From: an uncultured Verrucomicrobiae bacterium | GTDB taxonomy: Bacteria; Verrucomicrobiota; Verrucomicrobiia; Chthoniobacterales; JAFAMB01 | DNA: 64,000 nt | Assembly (NCBI GenBank): GCA_963762565.1 | Contig: CAVXLD010000001.1 | Span: 128,001-192,000, forward strand | Direction: 5' to 3' | Shown: in pieces, positions 48,914 through 56,400 of the stretch | Position numbering within the stretch: position 1 is the first letter of the stretch | How the letters are laid out: the number at the start of each line of letters is the position of its first letter | Translations under genes and position numbers: made by a program | Notes under the pieces: generated by a model | The model's input: only the letters and a program-made list of their open reading frames with translations | Database searches by the model: none | What the model was told of the DNA's origin: nothing

Positions 48914-49097
48914 GGGAGGGATCGCGTCCTCGCGATCCGTTTGTTAACGAAGCCGAGGACGTGTTGTGATCTTGGACAAAAATACACCTTTGGGTTGTGC
49001 CACGTCGTCGCGGCGCACGGGGATCCGACGTCGCCCCCGTGGTGATAAAATCGATTAGATGCAACCGGCTATGTCGGACAGGCGGCGCGCCCTCCCC
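48914..49097. repeat. Family A pair with family B insertion that itself carries an insert
   Basis: Right arm split after GGGGA by TCCGACGTCGCC[31 nt]GGCTATGTCGGACAGG (49024-49082). Confidence 0.8.
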
Positions 49098-49202
49098 GAT
49101 CCCCGCGACTCAAAGGCGGTTAAAGGACGTCGTCACTTTTTATATGAATTTCGCCACTTTTGCTATCCCGTTTCCATGGAAGATCGGCTAGACTGCCCAG
49201 TT

Positions 49203-50342
49203 ATGTCCCCCCTAAACATCAGTCAAAAATCGTCTTTTTTATCGGCAGAAAAGACCGGCTTCAGAGGTCTCTCTTGCATCGTTTCCAGGGAATATGGGGC
49301 TCGTCTTATTCCAATGATTTTGGCGCCGTTACTCGCAGTAGCACTGCTTCCGGCTTTCGGAGCCGACAGCGGCTACAACGGTGGCCAACCAACCAATCCC
49401 AAGGACCTAAAAGGCAAAAAGATCGTTTTAGCCGATGTGCCAAAACTGATCGGGATCGGATATTTCGCCGCCACAACCAAGGGCGAAGCGGAAGCGGCTG
49501 CGGAATTGACCAAGAACGGTCTTCCGACCGAGGTCACCACGGATGCACCGACCGAAGCAGCGATCCAGAAACAGATTGAGTATATCGACAATGATATCTC
49601 AAAGGGAGTCGATGGGATCCTGTTCGCATCGAATGATCCGACCGCGATCTCGCCAGTGCTGCGCAAGGCGCTCAAGGCAGGCATCCACGTCATCGGTTAT
49701 GACGCGGAGTCGGAGCCGGACGCCCGGGAATGGTTCATTCAACAGGCTACACCGGACGGAATCGCCAAAGCCTTGGTCGATTCGATGGTAGCCGAGGTCG
49801 GCAAGAAGGCCGATATCGGGATCGTCACTAGTTCGTTGACCGCGCCGAATCAGAATGCCTGGATTGCTGAAATCAAAAAATACATTTCTGCCCAGGGCTT
49901 AGGGCTCAATATTGTGGCGATTCTTCCGTCGGAAGAGGACCAACAGAAGGCATTCCAAGCTACCGGTGACATCATCAAGGCCCACCCGACCGTCAAAGGA
50001 ATCATCGGCTTATCCAGTGTCGCGTTTCCTGGAGCAGCGGATGCCATCACCCACGCGAATCTAATCGGCAAAGTTGCCTGTACCGGACTGTCGACACCGA
50101 ACCAGATGAAACCGTTTGTGAAATCCGGGTGTGTCAAATCCGTCGTTTTGTGGAACCCGGTGGATCTCGGTTACGCCGCCGTTTATGCCATGCGAGCGGT
50201 AGTGGATGGAAAACTTAAGCCGGGCGACACCGAGCTTGAAGCAGGCAAACTTGGGAAACTCAAGCTGATCAACGGCAGCCAATTCTTGCTGGGACCGCCC
50301 TTTATCTTCAATAAGGATAACATCGACCAGTTCGATTTTTGA
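49203..50342 (+). CDS. LsrB/RhaS-like sugar ABC substrate-binding protein
   Basis: VPKLIGIGYF, NDP, TSSLTAPNQNAW, GLSTPNQM, LWNPVDLGY, FNKDNIDQFDF. Start 49203 or 49314. Confidence 0.85.
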   Translation: MSPLNISQKSSFLSAEKTGFRGLSCIVSREYGARLIPMILAPLLAVALLPAFGADSGYNGGQPTNPKDLKGKKIVLADVPKLIGIGYFAATTKGEAEAAAELTKNGLPTEVTTDAPTEAAIQKQIEYIDNDISKGVDGILFASNDPTAISPVLRKALKAGIHVIGYDAESEPDAREWFIQQATPDGIAKALVDSMVAEVGKKADIGIVTSSLTAPNQNAWIAEIKKYISAQGLGLNIVAILPSEEDQQKAFQATGDIIKAHPTVKGIIGLSSVAFPGAADAITHANLIGKVACTGLSTPNQMKPFVKSGCVKSVVLWNPVDLGYAAVYAMRAVVDGKLKPGDTELEAGKLGKLKLINGSQFLLGPPFIFNKDNIDQFDF

Positions 50343-50473
50343 GACGGTTTACTTTTGCGGGGTTCGCCTGCCCGTTTGCTGGTTCTCGGCGAGCAAGGAC
50401 GGCTCGCCGGAAACGATAAGAAAGAGGATCCAGCAACACGGAACGAGGCTCATTAGTTCGGGGAGGTAAAGCC

Positions 50474-51154
50474 ATGAGCACAAGTAGAAGTCCAGGTTCG
50501 GAAAGTCCGTACAGCGCTGCGGAGCTTGGCATGTTAGCTCATCTGTATCGAGGCGAGATGTATCGCAGCAAGGTCTGGCGAACCCGGCTCGACGCGACCA
50601 CCAACTGGGCTGTAGCGACCACCGGGATCGCTCTCTCCGTCGCTTTTGCCAGCCCTGCAAACTCGCCTCTCCCCCTCGTTCTGGTGTCCTTAATGTCTCT
50701 GGTATTTCTTGCCATCGAAGGCCGCCGCTATCGGTATTTTGATATCTGGCGAACGCGTGTCCGGTTAATGGAGGTTTCAATGTTCGTTCCCCTTCTGCGG
50801 CTTGAAGGGGTACGCGTTGATAACCGCTGGAACGAAGAGCTGGCCAATGACTACGAACGGCTTCGTTTTCACATCACCTTTTTGGAGGCTGCTGGACGAC
50901 GGTTGCGACGAAACTATTCGTTCCTATTCGCGGTCCAAGCTGTTAGCTACATCGCCAAAATCTGCATCCATCCGACTCCGGTCACGTCACTCGACGATCT
51001 CTGGCAGCACGCGGCGATCGGTCCACTTCCCGGGCAGATCGTTCTAATTTTCGGGTTTCTCTTCCACACCAGCCTGGTTGCCCTATCGGTCCTCACTTTG
51101 AAAGGACAGCGGGCAGCCGGCCGGGTTGAATCGATGCCGGTTAAGTATGTTTAG
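50474..51154 (+). CDS. DUF2270 membrane protein
   Basis: AHLYRGEM.RS..WRTRLD.TTNWAV, EGRRYRYFDIWR.RVR..E. Confidence 0.85.
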   Translation: MSTSRSPGSESPYSAAELGMLAHLYRGEMYRSKVWRTRLDATTNWAVATTGIALSVAFASPANSPLPLVLVSLMSLVFLAIEGRRYRYFDIWRTRVRLMEVSMFVPLLRLEGVRVDNRWNEELANDYERLRFHITFLEAAGRRLRRNYSFLFAVQAVSYIAKICIHPTPVTSLDDLWQHAAIGPLPGQIVLIFGFLFHTSLVALSVLTLKGQRAAGRVESMPVKYV

Positions 51155-51168
51155 ATGTGACAGATTAA

Positions 51169-51918
51169 ATGCCGATCAGGAAAGAATCCGGGAATCGCGT
51201 TTTTAGTTATTTTTGCCGGTATTTGGTGCGTCTGATCTTTTCTTGGTCGTGTCGAGTCCATCGGCTCCGAAAGAGTCAAGAGTACCCGAGTGGACCGTTT
51301 ATTGTGGTGGCAAACCACATCAGCCATTTCGATCCGCCAATGCTCGGATGCTGGTTTCCGCGGTACATCGACTGGATGGCCATGGAGGAATTATATAGTA
51401 AACGCTGGAGCGCATGGCTCATGCGTTCGCTCTGCGCGATTCCGGTGAAACGGGCTGCCGGTGATTTCGCTTCCTTACGGGCCGCGCTGGGTCGACTGAA
51501 GCTTGGCCGAGTTGTCGGCATTTTTCCGGAGGGCGGCATTCGGGCGGGGACAGGATCGATTCTAGAAGGAGCGCCGATTTGGGGAGGGTTTGCCGGGCTC
51601 AGCATCCTCTCGGATAAACCGGTCGTTCCCTGTGTTATCATCGGGACTGATCGTCTTTACCGGCCTAAGAATTGGCTGCCATTCCGCCGTGTAGAAATAT
51701 GGATGGGGTTCGGCGAGGCGATTCAGCCTCCAAACGATGTCCCGCGGGAACAAGCTCAAGCGGTTTTAGTCGACCGTGTCAGAGCATCCCTAAATGCACT
51801 CAAAGAAGAGCTGGTCCGACACTACGGGCTTCGTCCCGATGACTTGCCTCAAACACCGCAGTACCGGAAAAGAGAAAACGCTACGCCGACAAACAGAAAG
51901 GGCGGTTCGGCTGGCTAG
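51169..51918 (+). CDS. 1-acyl-sn-glycerol-3-phosphate acyltransferase (PlsC family)
   Basis: NHISHFD, FPEG motifs. Confidence 0.88.
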   Translation: MPIRKESGNRVFSYFCRYLVRLIFSWSCRVHRLRKSQEYPSGPFIVVANHISHFDPPMLGCWFPRYIDWMAMEELYSKRWSAWLMRSLCAIPVKRAAGDFASLRAALGRLKLGRVVGIFPEGGIRAGTGSILEGAPIWGGFAGLSILSDKPVVPCVIIGTDRLYRPKNWLPFRRVEIWMGFGEAIQPPNDVPREQAQAVLVDRVRASLNALKEELVRHYGLRPDDLPQTPQYRKRENATPTNRKGGSAG

Positions 51919-51940
51919 CTCGAAGATTTTTGGAAGAAAA

Positions 51941-52032
51941 TGGGTTGGGTGGGACTCGAACCCACAACCAACCCCGAACTCCGAAATTCTTCGCGAGCAG
52001 GAGCTTTCGGGGCTGCTCTACCATTGAGCTAC
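51941..52032 (-). repeat. tRNA-Lys-derived repeat (D arm to 3' end) with anticodon loop replaced by a nested hairpin
   Basis: Identical to the tRNA at 51941-51972 and 52012-52032. 51973-52011 reads CCCGAA[CTCCGAAATTCTTCGCGAGCAGG]AGCTTTCGGG instead of GCCTTAAAAGGGC. Confidence 0.9.
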
Positions 52033-52283
52033 ATCTCGGGACCGCTCTTGAGTAGGTAGATCGCGATCTGCGGATTCTTTTTCGCTTTGAGTTGGCGCTC
52101 AAGCAGTCTCGCCGACCGAATGTCCGGCATTTGCTTGGTAGCGACGAGCTCTAAGGGCAGACCAAACCGTCGGGTAGAATGGACCTTGCCACGTTGGTGT
52201 TCGCCGAAGCGCCGATCGAGATTTTCGGTCGACCCGATATAGTGCCCGCCACAAGACCCACGAATGATATAGACCCACGCCAT
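52029..52283 (-). CDS. Stand-alone GIY-YIG nuclease (84 aa)
   Basis: MAWVYII...HYIGST.NL.RR..EH..G...ST......ELV......ARLLERQLK; stop TAG lies within the tRNA-derived repeat. Confidence 0.88.
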   Translation of the reverse strand: MAWVYIIRGSCGGHYIGSTENLDRRFGEHQRGKVHSTRRFGLPLELVATKQMPDIRSARLLERQLKAKKNPQIAIYLLKSGPEM

Positions 52284-52295
52284 CCTAACCAAAAA

Positions 52296-52367
52296 TGGGT
52301 TGGGTGGGACTCGAACCCACAACCAACGCCTTAAAAGGGCGCTGCTCTACCATTGAGCTACCAACCC
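52296..52367 (-). tRNA. tRNA-Lys (TTT)
   Basis: GGGTTGGTAGCTCAATGGTAGAGCAGCGCCCTTTTAAGGCGTTGGTTGTGGGTTCGAGTCCCACCCAACCCA folds as a cloverleaf; no encoded CCA. Confidence 0.95.
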
Positions 52368-52407
52368 AAAAAATCTGCATTCCATTCTTCCCCTTGGCAT
52401 CCCTAAG

Positions 52408-52461
52408 CCACAACCAACCCCGAAAGCTTTCGGGGCTGCTCTACCATTGAGCTACCAACCC
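52408..52461 (-). repeat. tRNA-Lys-derived repeat (5' end to T-stem) with anticodon loop replaced by a palindrome
   Basis: Minus strand GGGTTGGTAGCTCAATGGTAGAGCAGC-CCCGAAAGCTTTCGGG-GTTGGTTGTGG, then divergence. Confidence 0.9.
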
Positions 52462-52537
52462 CGGGAAAACGGACTGGAATACTATAGCTAAAACGGAATG
52501 CCGCAAGCGGTTTTGAGCTGCGGTTTGCGTGAAGTCG

Positions 52538-53116
52538 TCAAAACAGATCCTGAAGCCGGACCTCGACATCCGGGAACGCTTGGAAAGCAACGATCCCCTG
52601 AGAGACGACAGTACCTTCATATTTGCCGTTCGCATTCAGGCGAAATACTCGGACGAACGCATTCGCCAGATCGATGATCCAATACTCTGGAATGCCAGCG
52701 CTCTGGTAAGCCTGGAGCTTTTTTTCAGAATCGTATTTCAGGCTGGTATCTGACACCTCGACTACGAGATAGATTTGTTGCGGCAAAATGTGTTGGCGTC
52801 GGGTTCCTGCATCTGTCGTGAATAGAACCAAATCGGGCTGCAGTTCATTAAAGTCCGGGATCGGAATCGGCCGTCCCGGACCAACCTTGAACCGGCCTTT
52901 CTTTTGCTCGCCGAAGATTTCGTTGAGCCTTTCCAGGATAAATTGATGCTCAGGACCGATCGGCGCCATTTGGATAAGGAGACCATCGAACAGTTCAACC
53001 CGGTCGGTTGGTTGCAGAACACCACTTTCGCCAAGCCTATGGTACTCCGCCACGGTGAGCCGTCGTAAGGAGAAGGCAGCTTCCTCAGCAGGGTTGGACA
53101 AAACTGATGAAGCCAT
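52538..53116 (-). CDS. Uma2 (DUF820) family endonuclease-like protein
   Basis: LTVAEYHRL, RVELFDG, QPD, LVVEVSDTSL.YD...K...Y..AGIPEYWIID. Confidence 0.92.
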   Translation of the reverse strand: MASSVLSNPAEEAAFSLRRLTVAEYHRLGESGVLQPTDRVELFDGLLIQMAPIGPEHQFILERLNEIFGEQKKGRFKVGPGRPIPIPDFNELQPDLVLFTTDAGTRRQHILPQQIYLVVEVSDTSLKYDSEKKLQAYQSAGIPEYWIIDLANAFVRVFRLNANGKYEGTVVSQGIVAFQAFPDVEVRLQDLF

Positions 53117-53494
53117 GGGCTACACATAGCCTACCCCTCTAAAAATCGCGAACAAATCGGAAACAGTTCGTCGTTCGAGATTCACTGTTCGCAGCCTACA
53201 CCGGGATCGCTCCACCCACGTGCTTCCCATCAACACAGACCGTCTAACAACCGCTTGACGGCCCGCCGCGTTTCACCATTGCCCCTATAACACCGCTCCA
53301 TTGCTCCACTGCTGCAACACTCCGTTTGCCACCTCACGTAGCAACTTCTGCAAAAAACGTTGGGCAGGCGATACGCCTGCCCAACGTGGTTATGTTACTG
53401 TTATGAAATTACGGTAGAGATTTCGCTTCTCAGGTTGTGGGGGCTCTTCAGCCTTCGCCAAGGCTACGGCGGACAAGGCGACGCGAACTCAGAG

Positions 53495-53701
53495 CTACCG
53501 ATAGTACCAATGGCCGTGCCGCCAGAACCGGCGATGCCAGTAAGGATGTGCATAGTAGGCGTACCCACCTGGTCCCCAGTAATAACCCGGAGCATAAAAT
53601 CCAGGTCCACTGACGACGAAGACAACCCGGGCATCGGCTGGTTTCGGGCACAACGTCAGTGCCGCGAACAACGCCGAAAGCGCGATAAGTATTCTTTTCA
53701 T
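53495..53701 (-). CDS. Small secreted Tyr/Trp/His-rich protein
   Basis: Signal peptide (PADA-), GYYWGPGG..HPYWHRRFWRHGHWYYR. Confidence 0.65.
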   Translation of the reverse strand: MKRILIALSALFAALTLCPKPADARVVFVVSGPGFYAPGYYWGPGGYAYYAHPYWHRRFWRHGHWYYR

Positions 53702-53851
53702 ATCTACAAGGTTTTTAACGTAGGACCGGGCGATGGGTTACGGGAAAAGGCGAGGCCATGCGGAGTGATGGAGTAGTGGAGCTCTGCGCTGTCGGGTTGG
53801 AGCGTGCGAAGTGGACGGTCATCGGGTGCACTTCAGCGGTGTCGTCGCGTA

Positions 53852-53873
53852 ATTCTGACGGCAGCGTCAGAAT
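53852..53873. promoter_or_regulatory. Candidate regulator binding site
   Basis: ATTCTGACG-GCAG-CGTCAGAAT inverted repeat ~95 bp upstream of the repeat-protein ATG. Confidence 0.45.
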
Positions 53874-53968
53874 CTACTGACGAGTCCGGGCAAAACGGCT
53901 CAGAAATACTTGTCCCAGGGGATGTTTTTCCGTGCGACTCAGCCGGAAAGACCGTATTGGCTGAGTTT

Positions 53969-54586
53969 ATGAAAAGATTCCGCTTGACTGCTTTCGTTGT
54001 GGCTAGCGCGCTGTCGCTAACAACCGCCAATGCGATGCCCGATTTGGGCCGCGAAACCGGGAAGTTTATCCGGCAAGAACAACCCGCACCAAAGGGAGTA
54101 CGGACTTTTGAGCCGGCTAAATTACCGGTAGCAAAAGGAAGCGATAATACAAAGGTGTCGATGGCAGTACCGCTACATCCTGGCGACGGGAATCTAGCGA
54201 TGGGAGTACCGCTTCGTCCCGGCAACGGCATTCTAGCGATGGGAGTACCGCTTCGTCCCGGCAACGGCATTCTAGCGATGGGAGTACCGCTTCGTCCCGG
54301 CAACGGCATTCTAGCGATGGGAGTACCGCTTCGTCCCGGCAACGGCATTCTAGCGATGGGAGTACCGCTTCGTCCCGGCAACGGCATTCTAGCGATGGGA
54401 GTACCGCTTCATCCCGGCAACGGCATTCTAGCGATGGGAGTACCGCTTCATCCCAGCAATGGCATTCTAGCGATGGGAGTACCGCTTCATCCCAGCAATG
54501 GCATTCTAGCGATGGGAGTACCGCTTCGTCCCGGCAACGGCATTCTAGCGATGGGAATACCGCTACGCCCACCGACGGCATTCTAG
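53969..54586 (+). CDS. Secreted protein with tandem 13-aa units (MGVPLRPGNGILA)
   Basis: Signal peptide MKRFRLTAFVVASALSLTTANA, ~42-aa linker, 10 full units plus a partial 11th. May extend to 54651 if a 1-nt deletion is corrected. Confidence 0.7.
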   Translation: MKRFRLTAFVVASALSLTTANAMPDLGRETGKFIRQEQPAPKGVRTFEPAKLPVAKGSDNTKVSMAVPLHPGDGNLAMGVPLRPGNGILAMGVPLRPGNGILAMGVPLRPGNGILAMGVPLRPGNGILAMGVPLRPGNGILAMGVPLHPGNGILAMGVPLHPSNGILAMGVPLHPSNGILAMGVPLRPGNGILAMGIPLRPPTAF

Positions 54587-54609
54587 CGATGGGAGGTTCG
54601 CTGCGTCCC
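54161..54609 (+). repeat. 39-bp tandem repeat array (~11.5 units)
   Basis: atgggagtaccgcttcgtcccggcaacggcattctagcg repeated head to tail without spacers. Confidence 0.95.
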
Positions 54610-54673
54610 GAGGAATTCCAGCTTGAGGCGGGCTTCGTCTTTCCAGCCTGATCTGATCCCTACCGGGATCGGG

Positions 54674-55177
54674 TCAGGGCTCGACAAAGCTTGTGTGCAT
54701 CAGCACCACGCGCCAGCCCTCGGGCAGTTTTCTCATCACGATTGTCGCCGTCCCAAATTCCTTCTTTTTCGCGAAGGTGATGGTGTCCCAATCCAAAACT
54801 TCTGCGAAATCAGGCGCCAGCATCTGCACTTGGACTCTATCAAGGGTCAATTCCCCCATTTCCGATGGGTTTGGATACCCCCCGTGCAGCGCCTTGCTAA
54901 GTAGGTCCCAACCATGGACCGCCTCGCCCTCGACAACTACAACCAAGGCGTCGGAGCGCCAGAAGGCATCAAGATAGCCATCAAGATCGTGCCGATTCCA
55001 GGCATCGGACGCCTTGACTACTTCATCATAGACCTCCTTTTCGGGATCATCTGCACCAGCAACCTTCTGCTGGTTGATCGTGTCGAGATTGCTCTTCGAA
55101 TCCGCCGCAATGGTCGCCGTGAGCAGCGAAAGACAGCCGACAATCGACAGGACTGAGGATACGCTTAACCGGCCCAT
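54674..55177 (-). CDS. NTF2-like (DUF4440/YybH) secreted protein
   Basis: Signal peptide, AWNRHDLDGYL..FW.S, GW, G..T.V.RK...GWRVVLMHTS. Confidence 0.8.
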   Translation of the reverse strand: MGRLSVSSVLSIVGCLSLLTATIAADSKSNLDTINQQKVAGADDPEKEVYDEVVKASDAWNRHDLDGYLDAFWRSDALVVVVEGEAVHGWDLLSKALHGGYPNPSEMGELTLDRVQVQMLAPDFAEVLDWDTITFAKKKEFGTATIVMRKLPEGWRVVLMHTSFVEP

Positions 55178-55489
55178 TTTTGAAACTAGGAGGCCGTTAT
55201 TATCCCAGACCTAGGCCAGATTGTCCAGTTGAGCGGATCCCAGATGAAACCGCGGTGTCGATATAAGCATCCATGCTTTTGGGGGAACCCAGTGTTGGCG
55301 CCTACTATCAATCATCATTAGCAGATGTCCAGCGTTTGAAGTGGGCAAATATATTTCCACTTAGTGGGTCGAGGCTGTGTTCAGATTCGAGGCTCAGACC
55401 GGCGCTTATTTTTGAGCAGGTACTGCAGCGTTCGCGCTGCGTTAAGACGCTACTTGGTTCTTGCGGACGCAAAAGCTCCAGGGTCGGCA

Positions 55490-56161
55490 TCAGGAAGACA
55501 CTAGATGGAGCCGATCTCGCAAGCTTTTGAGACCGCTACCTCCGAAGCCCAAGATGAAAACCTGAGTCCCGAGCCTACGCGCGCCCTCCCCGTCCGCGAT
55601 CTCGTCATCGCCGACGTGAAGGAGTTCTGCAGGCTCGACCTTAAAACGCCGCAGAGCTTCTTCGAAGATTCGTGGTGACGGTTTATCGGCTCCCACCTGG
55701 CTGGATACGATGACCTGTTCGAACAGATGCAAAATCCCAACGTGTTTAAGAATCTCATAAAGACGAAGATCGAAATTGGAGATAATCCCTAAATGAAAAC
55801 CGGCGCTGCGAAGGTCCTGCAAAAGCTCGAATGCGCCGGGTTCCAAGCGCCAAACACCGGGTAGCGCAAATTCGCTATAAACGGCGTCGAAGAAGTCTTC
55901 GAACGGATCGACCTTAGCCCCTGCGGCGGCCAACGTTTGCAATACAACCTCTCGCCACCAGCTCCGACCGTCGTCAGATCGGGGACCCGGTACATCCGGC
56001 AATCGAGGAACAAACTTCCAGGCCGTTCTAAAGCCTCGCTCCAGATTGGCAGGGTTTAACTCAGCTCCGAACCGTCTCGCCACCGCGGCGTAAGTCACGC
56101 CGACCGGATGTGTGAGCCGGATCAGCGTGTTGCCTGCATCGAAGGTGACGACTTTCAACAT
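55490..56161 (-). CDS. HAD-superfamily hydrolase (REG-2-like)
   Basis: FDAGNTL, ISNFD, KPSPRIF, HVGDD. Confidence 0.9.
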   Translation of the reverse strand: MLKVVTFDAGNTLIRLTHPVGVTYAAVARRFGAELNPANLERGFRTAWKFVPRLPDVPGPRSDDGRSWWREVVLQTLAAAGAKVDPFEDFFDAVYSEFALPGVWRLEPGAFELLQDLRSAGFHLGIISNFDLRLYEILKHVGILHLFEQVIVSSQVGADKPSPRIFEEALRRFKVEPAELLHVGDDEIADGEGARRLGTQVFILGFGGSGLKSLRDRLHLVSS

Positions 56162-56400
56162 AGCCTGGAGTTCCGGGATTCACCAAAACGTCCTGGAGTC
56201 AATCAATTTACAAGGTACGTTTGGATACTCCGGAGATGTTTGCGTCCCGAATCCGGGAACTCCAGGCTGGCTTGACGGTCAACTTTTTCGTCATATCTTA
56301 GTAGACTCGACCGAAATGGCTGGGACTGTGTGCCGAGTCGGCCTCGCAAGTGAGGTCGCTCCAAACGGAGTCCAGGGCCGCTCGGTCACTTATTGTTTAT

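Noticed and set aside
51941..52461. Prophage/genomic-island attL-attR, or three functional tRNA genes
   Set aside because: No integrase, the enclosed DNA is only ~260 bp, and the two extra copies lack an anticodon and one end of the acceptor stem.
52538..53116. Uma2 nuclease as part of the tRNA/GIY-YIG system or a defence island
   Set aside because: Uma2/DUF820 genes are common scattered paralogs; this one lies outside the tRNA repeats and nothing in the sequence links it.
53833..54581. Minus-strand repeat ORFs (MPLPGRSGTPIAR; CRCRDEAVLPSLE)
   Set aside because: Alternative frames of the 39-bp array; only the plus frame has a signal peptide and a plausible start.
54161..54609. CRISPR array
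   Set aside because: Units are head to tail with no unique spacers, are a multiple of 3, lie in frame behind a signal peptide, and no cas genes are present.
55200..55489. Possible small gene or ncRNA between the NTF2-like and HAD genes
   Set aside because: No convincing motif, structure or coding signal by eye.
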